The notes beneath the pieces are model-generated. The model searched no databases and was not told the DNA's origin. It saw only the letters and a program-made list of their open reading frames with translations. From NCBI GenBank assembly GCA_035193785.1, contig CP136572.1:4916578-4980577 (forward strand): a stretch of DNA of 64,000 nucleotides. Reading direction: 5' to 3'. The translations under genes and the position numbers were made by a program. Position 1 is the first letter of the stretch. Every line of letters begins with the position of its first letter. Positions 44,652 to 55,720 of this stretch are shown here, in pieces. The DNA is from Planktothrix sp. GU0601_MAG3 (lineage in GTDB: Bacteria; Cyanobacteriota; Cyanobacteriia; Cyanobacteriales; Microcoleaceae).

Positions 44652-47600
44652 TTAAAGGGTTACTCCTTCTAAATCTGCTTCGGTTAACTCATACAAAGAT
44701 TTTAATTTTTCTAAAGTTTCGCCATCGGTTTCCCAAAATCCCCGACCATGGGCTTCTAACATTCGACCGACAATATTACGAAAAGCTTCGGGGTTGGCTT
44801 GTCTTAATTTAGTTGCCATGTTTTCATCTAAAGCATAGGTTTTAGAAGCTTGATCATAAACCCAATTTTCTTGGAAATTTGTTGTTCCTCCCCAACCCAT
44901 TAAGGCGGTCATTCGTTGAGAAATTTCATAGGCCCCACCACTGCCTTGATTGACCATGGCCGTTGCCCATTTCGGGTTTAATAATTTTGTCCGATATTCA
45001 ATTCTTAATAGGTCTTCTAATTGTCGGGGAGTGGTATCTTTAGAAAAACTTTCGACAAAACTGGCTTTAACTTTTTGACCTTTTTGTTGTTCCGCCGCCC
45101 GTTTTAATCCGCCCGTATTAGCATAATATTCTTGAATATCGGTTAATCCATATTCTACGGAATCAATTTGTTGAACAACATTATCCATGGTTTTTAACAA
45201 TTGCGTCATCACTTCCGGTCTGGCTTGTCCTTGATCTTTGCGTCCATAACTAAATACATTTCGTCCTTTCCAAGTGTCCGCTAATTCGTCTCCTGATTCC
45301 CAATTACCATCCACAATTTGATCATTAACTAACGATCCAAAATCCCCCGATGGGTTAGAAAATAAACGGGCGGACGGGTTTTCTACTCCTTGCGATCGCA
45401 ACTTCAAAGCGTGCTTTCTAATAAAGTTTTGTTCCTCCGCTTCTTCCGCATCCGCCGCCCGCACAAATAAATCATCTAATAATTCGATAATATTGGCAAA
45501 ACTATCTCTAAAAATCCCCGATAAATTGGCTAATATATCAATTCTAGGATGTCCGACTTGCTCTAAAGGTTGTAATTCATAACGCACAATTCGCCCGGTT
45601 TCCTTCTTTAATTGGTTTGGCTCCCACTAATTCTAAGATAATTCCTAACGACTCCCCCCGGGTTTTAATAGCATCTAATCCCCATAACATTACCGCAATG
45701 GTTTCAGGATAATTTCCGGTTTCTGCTAACTGTTGATTAATGATTTTTTGAGCAATTTCTCGTCCTCTCAAATAGGCCGCAGCCGAGGGCATTCGATAGG
45801 GATCTAGGGCATGAATATTACGTCCGGTGGGCAGAACTCCTGGCCCATCTCGCAGTAAATCCCCGCCCGGGGCTGGGGGGATATATTCCCCATTTAATCC
45901 TTTTAATAAATTGGTTAATTCATCGGATGTTTGTAATAATAAGTCTCGAATTTGAGTTTCAGTTTCTGAGGTTAACTCATTCATTGATTCGGTGGAATAA
46001 GCATTCAGATAGGTAGTTAATTCTTCTTCCGTTGGATTCTCTCCAAAGGTATGTAATCCCGATGAGAATAAACGCTGTTCTAAGACTTGTAAATAATCAT
46101 AGATTTTGATAAAATAGCTATAGAGAACTTCGACACTAAATAACCGAGCGTTTTCAGTTGTAAAGGCAATTCCTAATTTTTTGCCCTCCTGAAAGGGACA
46201 ATCTACCTCTAAACCCATATCCACAATTTGCTGACTAATTGATTCTTGAAGGGTAGAATTTTTCTGCGGATCTTCTCGATATTCGGCAATTAAATCGCGT
46301 AAAGATACCAATTGTTTATAAAGTCCCGCCCGACCATAGGGAGGAACATTATAGGAAACTAACACCCCATAACCTCGACGTTTTGCTAACATTGATTCTG
46401 AGGGATTATTGGCTGCATAAAGATATAAATTTGGCAGATTTGCTAATAAAATATCTGACCAAGAATAGCCCGTATTTCCTAATGGTGATCCCGGCAACCA
46501 TTCTACCGTGCCGTGCATTCCAAAATGAACAATTGCATCGGCTTGAAATTCCTTTTGTAGCCATTGATAAAAAGCCACATATTGGGGATGGGGGGTTAAA
46601 TCTCGTTCAAACATTAACCGCATGGGGTCACCGGATAAACCTAAAGGCGGTTGCACTCCTACCCAAATATTTCCTAATTGAATTCCACCAATATGATAAT
46701 CTTCGCCAAAGGTTTTAATCCCGGTTTCTGTTAAGGATTTCCATTGTTTTTTAATCCGACTTCGTTGTAAATATCCTAACCATTTTTCCAGTTTATTAAC
46801 ATTAACTTGATTAGAAATAACAGAATTTTCTGCAAAACTAAAATCCTGTTGCGCTTCTAAGGTTTCATCGGCTATTTTTACCTTTTGAATTAAAACTTCC
46901 CCCGTTTCTGGCAACTCTCCAACGGTGTATCCTTGAGCTTTTAAGGCTTGTAAAACCTTTAATAAACTCTGGGGAACATTTAATAAAGCGGCGGTTCCTG
47001 TGGCTCCATATCCCGGGGGAAATCCATATAAAATAATCGCAATTTTTCGCTGTGATGGAGGTGTTTTTCGCAGTTGAATCCAACTTTTTACCCGTCCAGT
47101 TAAACGTTTAACTCGTTCAGGAATTAAATAAATATCTTCTCCTACTAACCCCCCCAAAGGAACGGTATCAATAGCACCATCAAGTTCCGGTAAAGCATAT
47201 AAAACCACACTTTGTAAACCGCCAATTCCTTGACGAGTCCAAGATAATAAATCTTGAATTAATAGGGGCGCGGCGATAAAATAGGGAATATTTTTTATGG
47301 TTAAAATTTGTTTGGCAATTTCCACTTGTCGTCCGGCTTCCATTGATCCGGCTGGCCCTCCAACTAAAGGAAACCCAATGGTAGAAACAATTGCATCAAC
47401 GGTTACGGCTTCTTTTGATAAGGATAGGGTTTCTATTTTTCCCTGTTCTCGGTGATTCAATTCATCCGTTGTTGTCATCCAGTCTCTAACAGCAACATGA
47501 CCTTCAACGCCATTAATAAAAATTGGTAAGGGAATTAATTGGGCTTGTTGAAAATAGCTAATTAGTTGGGGGATATAAGCTTGTTTAGTAATGACGTGCT

Positions 47601-48325
47601 TGCGATATATTAATATTCCCACAACGGGATCGTTAACGGCGTTGGGATATTGGGTTTTATACCATTCTAAATAGGCCTGTGGCGATTCAAAATAACCGCT
47701 ATAATCGGGGTGTAATAATCCCATATTTGGGGTTTCTATGGGTGGCGGAATTTCTCCAACAGTTAACCCTAAATAATTCGTTCCAATTGTCCAGAACATC
47801 GCCGCGACATTTTCTGTTCCGCCCGCATTCCAATACCCATAAATAACTAACCAATTACGCAGGTCTTGAACTTTTTTAACCGGAATAAATTTTAATAATT
47901 TCTGGCCTGTTTTCAAGAAACTAATATAACCAGCCAGTTTATCTTCTTCTTTACCACTGGAAAATTTACTCAAAATAAACTGCACTGGTTTGGGCATTCC
48001 TTTGGGTTTATCCCCAATTTTAAACGATCCAATTTGGGTTAAACTCATTAATTCTAAAGCGGATTCAAAAACCAACCGAATTGGAATATTTTGTACCCGT
48101 TTCTCGTAACCATAATATTTGATCATAATCAAATAATAAACTGGCAAAAAATACATCGGCATTTTCCAAGGCGGCGGCGACGGTATCCGGTTGATCAGAA
48201 ATGGCGCGATCGCTAAATACACAAATTTCTAATTCTGGACAACGGGCGCTGGCTAATTTCGCGGCTATGCGATATAACTCAGCATTAAAAGACTCAAACC
48301 CAGCTATTAAAACAATCTTTTTCAT
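44652..48325 (-). CDS. bchH: Magnesium chelatase H subunit (BchH-like form); split by two frameshifts
   Basis: MKKIVLIAGFESFN start; TIGFPLVGGPAG, HFGMHGTVEWLPG, LPTGRNIHALDP and RTKLLNPKW. Confidence 0.88.
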
Positions 48326-48394
48326 AATCTTAGGTTTTAAAATATGCGTTTTCATCTATTATTTATAATTATAGCAATTCTCAATTAAAATTAA

Positions 48395-49000
48395 ATGACA
48401 GAATATGATTTTCCCACTTCTGTTTTGATTGCGGGGGTGGATGAAGTGGGGCGGGGGGCTTTATTTGGCCCGGTGGTAGCGGCGGCGGTGATTTTGTCGG
48501 AGGATGGTATGGCTAAATTAACTAGCGCTGGGGTTAAAGATAGTAAAAAATTAACCCCGGGGGTTCGTTCTCGGTTAGCAATTGAAATTAAAGCGATCGC
48601 CATTGATTGTAAAATTGGTTGGGCGACTGTTAGGGAAATTGATCGCTTTAATATTTTACAAGCGACATTATTAGCGATGAAACGGGCAATTTTAAGTTTA
48701 GATCCTCAACCAAAACTCTGTTTAATTGACGGAAATCAGAAGATTCCACAATTATTAATTCCGCAACAAACTATCATTAAAGGAGATAGTAAATCTATTG
48801 TAATTGCAGCCGCTAGTATTGTCGCAAAAGTTTGGCGAGATGAATTAATTACCCGTTTGGCTGAAAAATATCCTGAATATGATCTCAAGCAAAACAAAGG
48901 TTACGGAACCGCAAAACACCGTCAAGCGATCCAAGATTATGGGATTACTTACCAACATCGTCAATCTTTCGGGTGTTGTCAATTATCCTTACCTTTATAA
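48395..49000 (+). CDS. rnhB: Ribonuclease HII
   Basis: AGVDEVGRG, DSKKL, IDG, KGD, AAASIVAKV and KGYGT. Confidence 0.96.
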   Translation: MTEYDFPTSVLIAGVDEVGRGALFGPVVAAAVILSEDGMAKLTSAGVKDSKKLTPGVRSRLAIEIKAIAIDCKIGWATVREIDRFNILQATLLAMKRAILSLDPQPKLCLIDGNQKIPQLLIPQQTIIKGDSKSIVIAAASIVAKVWRDELITRLAEKYPEYDLKQNKGYGTAKHRQAIQDYGITYQHRQSFGCCQLSLPL

Positions 49001-49002
49001 AG

Positions 49003-50007
49003 TTAGGAACAATTTTCAGCTAACCAATTTAATAAATCTGACTCCGTTTCAAAATCTAATAATGCTTCTCCTAATTGTTCAACTAATTCAATCGGAAGAC
49101 TGCGGATTTGATCTTGAATTTCGGGGTTAATTGCTCCTAAACGACGATTTAGCAAACGCAAAATAAACGTTATTTCTCGTTGCAAACCCTGTTCTATTCC
49201 CTGTTCTATTCCCCGCTCTATTCCCTGTTCAATTCCCTGTTGTATTCCCTGTTGTATTCCCCGTTCAATTCCCTGTTCCATCCAACTTGTAACAATTTCC
49301 ATAAATCTTTCCTCCTGAATCAGTCCTAAGCGATTTAGTTCCTCGGTAAAAACGACTTTTTCGCTAGAATTTAAACGCAAATAGGAGTCGATAAACCCCG
49401 AAATTAATTGATTTCTGGCTGGATCTAACCGTAACGTTACTAACAGACGCAAACACTCTGCTTTAACCTGGGGTCGATCCTGGGGTTCTATTCTCATTTT
49501 AGCCATTAATGCAGCCGCCACCGGATTTTGCTGACGTAAAAAATCCCGCCAGTTTAAACGATTCAGTTGGATCGCTGCATAGCTAAATTCTAATACCTTT
49601 CGGTCGGGAAATTCAACTTGATAGTTGTTGGGTTCCAGACGTTGGGGGGTATCGAAAGAAAAGATTGCAATCGGATAAACCGGAATTGCATATTTTTCAT
49701 CTAGTCTAGCAAAATAATGGAACATCCGCCGGGCAAAATCGGCTTGAGCGTAGGATTGAGTCTCGGTATGGATGAGGAAAAAACTTTCCTGTTCTCGAAA
49801 CCTAACTTTTGCTAATAGATCGACCTCTCGACGATTCCCCGATGTCAGATCAATGAATACCTCCTGGGGTAAAAAGGTAATAGAGGATTGATCAATATAG
49901 GGAATTAGATCTGGGAAAAATAATTCTAAAAATTCCCAAAAAAACGTCGAAATTAACTCTTTAAATAATCGATCATGTTCAATTATTCGTTCTGAAGTTT
50001 CAGCCAT
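49003..50007 (-). CDS. Rpn-family PD-(D/E)xK nuclease/putative transposase with C-terminal DUF4351-like domain
   Basis: HDRLFKEL, D...HTETQ, FARRMFHY, (E/Q)(Q/R)GI repeats and LEALLDF-like LGEALLDF. Confidence 0.88.
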   Translation of the reverse strand: MAETSERIIEHDRLFKELISTFFWEFLELFFPDLIPYIDQSSITFLPQEVFIDLTSGNRREVDLLAKVRFREQESFFLIHTETQSYAQADFARRMFHYFARLDEKYAIPVYPIAIFSFDTPQRLEPNNYQVEFPDRKVLEFSYAAIQLNRLNWRDFLRQQNPVAAALMAKMRIEPQDRPQVKAECLRLLVTLRLDPARNQLISGFIDSYLRLNSSEKVVFTEELNRLGLIQEERFMEIVTSWMEQGIERGIQQGIQQGIEQGIERGIEQGIEQGLQREITFILRLLNRRLGAINPEIQDQIRSLPIELVEQLGEALLDFETESDLLNWLAENCS

Positions 50008-50026
50008 TTTAATTTTGATTTACCCC

Positions 50027-50611
50027 CTAACATTCAGCACTCGAAACCCGAATAACAGATTGGGTTTGTGGGGTCATATCCCCTAATTGTTCAGCCGACC
50101 AATGGGCATAATCCGATAATAAATTATGGACTAATCGGTGTCTAACGGTCATTAACACACTTTTTAATAATCCGTTTCCGGTTGTTTCTAAAATCGGTTG
50201 GGGTGTTAACCATAATGGCGGGGGAAGTTCGACTTTAACTTCTAAATCCGCTTGACCTTTTAAGTAGGTGATTCCCTGTAATTCAACTGGATATAATTTT
50301 CCGACTAAATTTAGGGCAAAACGTTGATTAATATATTCAATTCCGCGAATTTCACACCCGACAGATTTTAAGTTGAGAGTGCCATCGGACTGTATCCACA
50401 GTTTCAAGTCTACCGTTGGTTGTAAACTAAACATCATAAACTGTAAAGGACGCATTTTTAAGCGGTAAATATCCTCTGCTAAGGCATCTAAACGGCTAGG
50501 ATCAACTAACGCCTTTACCAAGCGTTTCGGTTGACGCAGGTAATGGTGAATTAAAGTTGGCTCCGGTACGGCCATTTCAACGGTTTGGGAGGCTTGAAAG
50601 TGGGTATACAT
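50027..50611 (-). CDS. DUF1997-like protein
   Basis: HYLRQPKRLV and LPPPLWLTP...TGNGLL. Confidence 0.75.
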   Translation of the reverse strand: MYTHFQASQTVEMAVPEPTLIHHYLRQPKRLVKALVDPSRLDALAEDIYRLKMRPLQFMMFSLQPTVDLKLWIQSDGTLNLKSVGCEIRGIEYINQRFALNLVGKLYPVELQGITYLKGQADLEVKVELPPPLWLTPQPILETTGNGLLKSVLMTVRHRLVHNLLSDYAHWSAEQLGDMTPQTQSVIRVSSAEC

Positions 50612-50829
50612 ATAGAAAGTTATAAAAGTCTACTAATTTTAACTTATCTTAATATAATTTAAGAATTATTAAAACTATTTTCATCAGTCAAGAGTCACCG
50701 ATCAAGAATAATAGCGTGTATTCCCTAAAAAATAGGTAATCGCTTGATCATAAGGGTAAGGTTGATGAGAATAATATAAATAATTGTAACGTCCCTTTCT
50801 ATCCATTGATTATTTACGGAACTAAAATT

Positions 50830-51672
50830 ATGACTGTTTCTATTGCCCATCTTGGCCCATCGGGAACTTATGCAGAAGCCGCCGCCTTAGCTTATGCCCA
50901 ATATCTTACCCAAAAAACCGGGGAAGAAGCCATGTTATGCCCCTGTTCAAGTATTAGCCAAACTTTATGGACAGTTGCCAAAGGGGAGGTTAATATTGGG
51001 GTAGTTCCTGTTGAAAATTCCATTGAAGGCAGTGTGACTATGACCCTAGATACATTATGGCAAATTGGCTGTCTTCAAATTCAACAGGCGTTAATTCTTC
51101 CTATTAATCATGCGTTGATTTCTCAAGCTAAAGATTTGGCTAATATTCAAGTGGTTTATTCCCATCCCCAAGCTCTAGCGCAGTGTCAAGGATGGTTAGA
51201 AAAACATCTTTCTGATGTGCCATTAATAGCCAAAAATTCAACCACAGAAGCCCTAAAATCCGTCCGAGATGAAACTAATTCAGCCGCGATCGCATCTTTA
51301 AGAGCAGCCGAATTATATCAATTACCTGTTCTTGCCCATCCTATTAATGATTATCCCGATAATTGTACTAAGTTTTTGGTAGTAAGTCTACAACCTTCAG
51401 GATCGGGAAAATACACATCTTTAGGCTTTAGTGTTCCGGCAAATGTTCCGGGTGCATTAGCAAAACCTTTAGCAATTTTTGCCGATAGAGGGATTAATTT
51501 AAGCCGAATAGAATCCCGTCCTAGTAAGCGCTCCTTGGGGGATTATCTATTTTTTATGGATTTAGAAGCGGATAGCCATGAACCCACGGTACAATTAGCT
51601 TTAGCGGAATTAAAAACCTTTACCGAAACCTTGAAAGTTTTTGGCAGTTACACCCTATTAAATCTGGATTAA
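50830..51672 (+). CDS. pheA: Prephenate dehydratase
   Basis: LGPSGTY, VPVENSIEGSV, SHPQALAQC and ACT domain NLSRIESRPS. Confidence 0.95.
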   Translation: MTVSIAHLGPSGTYAEAAALAYAQYLTQKTGEEAMLCPCSSISQTLWTVAKGEVNIGVVPVENSIEGSVTMTLDTLWQIGCLQIQQALILPINHALISQAKDLANIQVVYSHPQALAQCQGWLEKHLSDVPLIAKNSTTEALKSVRDETNSAAIASLRAAELYQLPVLAHPINDYPDNCTKFLVVSLQPSGSGKYTSLGFSVPANVPGALAKPLAIFADRGINLSRIESRPSKRSLGDYLFFMDLEADSHEPTVQLALAELKTFTETLKVFGSYTLLNLD

Positions 51673-51765
51673 TTAAAATTAATTCGGAAAATTGGTAATT
51701 GGTCTTGTAGGAGGGGTAAGAATTACTCCGGCTTTTTGCCCACCCTACTGATTTTTAAAGATTCT

Positions 51766-53155
51766 ATGGATATTTTTTTTAGCAGTATTCCCAGTATTCC
51801 TGATTTAACTCATCCTAATGAATTAATGGAATTGGGATCAATAGTGATTAAAAACCTGATGAAATTGGCTATTTTTTTAATAGCAATTGGTGGCATATTA
51901 TCCCTAATTAATTGGTCGGTGAAAAAACCAGGGGATTCTATTTCTATTCCGGCGATTAAAACCGCCTTAGAACAATATCTGAAATGGATGCAAACTTTAC
52001 CGCATTTAATTCTAATTGTTTCTGGTAATTACCAGTGGATTTTTTCTTTGTTCTACCTTAGCTAATCGCTATCATAATTGGGAACAACAACGTATTACTC
52101 AAATTGCCACCACCGTCGCCGGAGAACGTTTAGAACAAACCGCACCTAGAATTCGTTATGAAATTGAAGAACCTTTTACCGATTATAGATATATTGAGGG
52201 GAAAACTATTGAAATTAAAAGTACCCAGATTGCACCCCGTTGGATGACTTTATCAGGATCAAAAATTCAGGTTAAAATTAATCAAACTACCAGTCCCGAC
52301 ACCAAACAATGGATTTATAGTGTTGATTTTTCGGGAGAATATCAAGTTAAAAATCAACTCAAAGGTGTCTCGGAATTTTTCTTTGAAGTTCCCCCACCTT
52401 ACGGTTATTTATTATTACAGGATTTCCAAGTTGAACAAAATGGAAAACCCTTAGTACAAGTTAACCCTGGAGATTATGGATTTCCCTTTAAATTATCCCC
52501 GGGAGAAACCACAAATTTTAAGGTTAGCTATCAAGCTCAAGGTGCACCCCGTTGGGTTTATCAACCTGGGGAGCAATTATTGTCGAATTTTAGCTTAAAT
52601 GTTTTAGCTAACTTTCCCGATGCTGAATTTGCCGGAGCAGTGCCAACAGTTACAAAAGAAGCAGCAGAAAATCGACAACTTTCTTGGATTTATGAAGGTA
52701 ATATTTCCGTTAAAAATCCGTTAGGAATATTTACCGCCACCGCTCCAATTCGCAATACAGGTGTTATCCCGCGATTATTATTATTAGCTCCAGCTATCTT
52801 TTTATGGTGGATTATTTTACTATATCTATCTTTACCCTTAACCTTGGGAGATGTGGCGATTATCGCCGGACTATTTTTTGCCTGTTTATTAACCCTAACC
52901 TATAGCAGTCGTTTGATTGATGCCAAACTTGCATGGACAGTAATTTCTCCAGTATTACTATTAGCAGTTTGGGGATTAGGGAAAAACCGTCAAGCCTCTT
53001 GGGTGGCAATTATTTGTACAATTTCTGGGGGAATATTACCGATATTTGGTTTATTGGTTCCCTATAGCGGGATTACCTTAAGTTTAGCTGGGTTACTATC
53101 AGGAATCTGGTTAGCTTTTCAACATTGGTATGAATTAGGGAAACGGAAAGTTTAA
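51766..53155 (+). CDS. Hypothetical membrane protein with a large soluble domain and C-terminal TM bundle; frameshift near 52022
   Basis: ORFs 51736..52065 and 52016..53155 overlap and join; about five C-terminal hydrophobic helices. Confidence 0.65.
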
Positions 53156-53274
53156 CTGTAAAATAATAAACCAGGTTGTTCGCTTATAAAGACTTTCTAT
53201 ACTTTTTTTAATAATAAATTTCCTAACTTTTTGTGACTAATCTTATATTTTAATATATAAAATCTGGTTTGAGA

Positions 53275-54295
53275 TTATTGTTGAATTACCGCATTTTCTA
53301 ACATTAAAATCGTTCCGTGTTCAGCATCAATTTTGACCTCTATTCCCAGAGGAATAGTAAATTGATCACGAATATGACCGATCATCGAACCATACCAAGC
53401 CGGAATTCCTAACGGTTTAATTAAATCCGTTAATACTTGCCATAGGGTTAAAGAGGGTTTCATTTCCCTCTCCTTTGGTGCAGGCGGTACATTGACTAAA
53501 AATAAACCCAGAAATTTGATCTAAAATTCCAGCTAATTTTAAATGGGTTAACATTCGATCAACTCGGTAAATATCCTCGCCAACATCTTCTACAAATAGG
53601 ATCGTATTCCGCCAATTGGGTAAATATTCAGAACCTACTAAAGCGGATAAAACCGATAAATTTCCTCCGATTAATCTTCCCTCGGCTTGACCTGGATAAA
53701 TCGTTTCGACCCGAACATTGGCAGGATTTTTAAAGGTTACAGTTTGTCCCTCAAATATAATTTTTTTCAGCCAACCAACCGAATAGGGATTCCAGAGGGA
53801 AGTGCCTAATAATCCATGAAAAGTAACTAATCCGGTTTGACTATATAATCCTAATAATAAAGCGGTAATATCACTATAACCGAGAAAGATTTTAGGATTT
53901 TTACGAATTAAATCATAATCTAATAATGGTAAAATTCGACCGCTGCCCCAACCTCCACCCGTCGCAATAATTCCCTGAATATTAGGGTCAGCAAACATTT
54001 GATTAATGTCTGATGCCCGTTGTTGATCGGTTCCGGCTAAATAGCCATATTCACTCATTACATGGGGGGCAACTTTAACAGCGAGTTCCTGTTGGGCTAA
54101 TTGCAGTTGAATCAACTTTAAATGTTCTTTTAAAATGGGGCTGGCGGGAGTTACCAACCCCACCGTATCTCCTGGTTTTAAAGCGAGAGGTTTAAGTAAT
54201 ATTTGGGAAGATGGAGATTGAGCAAGAATAGGAAACTGATTAGTAATTCCTGCTAAAGTTAATCCGGTTAAAAAATCACGACGATTCATAATCAT
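53275..54295 (-). CDS. S66-family LD-carboxypeptidase with Tat-like signal; frameshift near 53460
   Basis: RRDFL, GYSDIT, GGNLS, LFVEDVGE and IGH. Confidence 0.9.
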
Positions 54296-54312
54296 TTATT
54301 GGTTATCAGTTA

Positions 54313-55054
54313 TCATTTACTTGAATTGAGAATTTGATCAATTAATTCTTCAACCCCTAATCCCCGACTATTTTTCGTGACCCAATTAACCTTTTCTTTA
54401 ACTTGGGGTAAGGCATTAGCAACGGCTACGGAATAACCACATTGTTGTAAAAAATCACAATCATTTTCTGCATCCCCAACCCCAACAATTTTTTCCGGGG
54501 ATAGGTTGATTAATTCGGAAAGAGTTTTTAACCCAAAGGCTTTATTGATACCTACGGGTAGAATCATTATGGCTCCTTTATTATTAATAATTTCAAGATT
54601 AACTCCTAACTCTTGAATCGTTTTTTGGGTGATTTCTAAATAGGGTTCCCAAGTGGCAATAATTACTCGTCCAATCCCTAAAAATTCTAAGGCTTGAGCC
54701 TGAGAAATCTTTAAAAATTCCTCTGGAATGGGTTGGTTTTGCAATTGTTGTTGTTTTTGGTGAATGCGATCGCGCAAGCGGGTTATAAACGCTTCAGAAG
54801 GGCGCTCCGCTAACAATTTTTCTATCTGAGTCGAGGGTTGATATAATACCGCTCCATTTTCTGCAATCACCCAATCAAACCTATTAATTATGGGAACATG
54901 ATCAATTAAATTATCCAGTTGTCTTCCCGTAATTAAGATTAACTTTCTTCCCGACTCTCGCCACCGTTGTAGGGCTTTTAAAGTAGACTCCTCTACGATT
55001 CCATCCATTGCTAGGGTTTCCATCAAAATCCGTCGCCAAAGCCAAATATTTCAT
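54313..55054 (-). CDS. HAD-superfamily subfamily IIB (Cof-like) hydrolase; frameshift near 55020
   Basis: MKYLALATDFDG start; ITGR, AENGA, NKAFG and GDAEND. Confidence 0.88.
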
Positions 55055-55139
55055 GGTTATAAAAAATCAAATTGTTGAGTAAAGGGTAGATTTATATTGA
55101 ACTAATTTAACCCCTTATCTGTTTAATTCAACTCTAAAT

Positions 55140-55535
55140 TTATGGGTCATTATCTTCATACTCAACCCAGGAATTAGAGGTTTCTGAAACCCTAACTTTT
55201 AATTGAACTCCCTGCGGGACTCGTTTTTTCGTGACATCATAAATATATTTAGCAATCATTTCAGCCGTTGTCTCATATTCAGGGGGCAGAATTTCATTTA
55301 ATACCCCATGATCTAATCCGCCTTTTTTAACATCTTTTTTTGCCCATCCTAAACTTCTAAAATCTGCCACCATCACGGGATGGGGACAATGTTCCGAGGG
55401 GTGCAATTGGCTAGAGGTGGCTTCCACTTGTACACGATAGGTATGACCGTGCATTCGTCCACAGGGCCCATCATAATCCTTAATATAATGGGCACTATCA
55501 AAGGTAAATTCCGTGGTCAATTTCCATTTAGGCAT
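55140..55535 (-). CDS. queD: 6-carboxytetrahydropterin synthase / 6-pyruvoyltetrahydropterin synthase
   Basis: FDSAH, CGRMHGHTY, LDH, TTAE and VSET. Confidence 0.85.
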   Translation of the reverse strand: MPKWKLTTEFTFDSAHYIKDYDGPCGRMHGHTYRVQVEATSSQLHPSEHCPHPVMVADFRSLGWAKKDVKKGGLDHGVLNEILPPEYETTAEMIAKYIYDVTKKRVPQGVQLKVRVSETSNSWVEYEDNDP

Positions 55536-55720
55536 AGTTAAAAAAACTCAACTCAACTTCTAATTTTAGGGTAACGATGTAGTCGTATATTTCTATTTAT
55601 GATTCTATCAAAAATCAAAAAGAAATAGTAAAACTTATCAAAAATTAATGCTTATTTACCAGGTTAAATTAGTTAAAAAACAAACATTTTCATCTTCCAT
55701 AGATTTATATAAGCTGGGAA

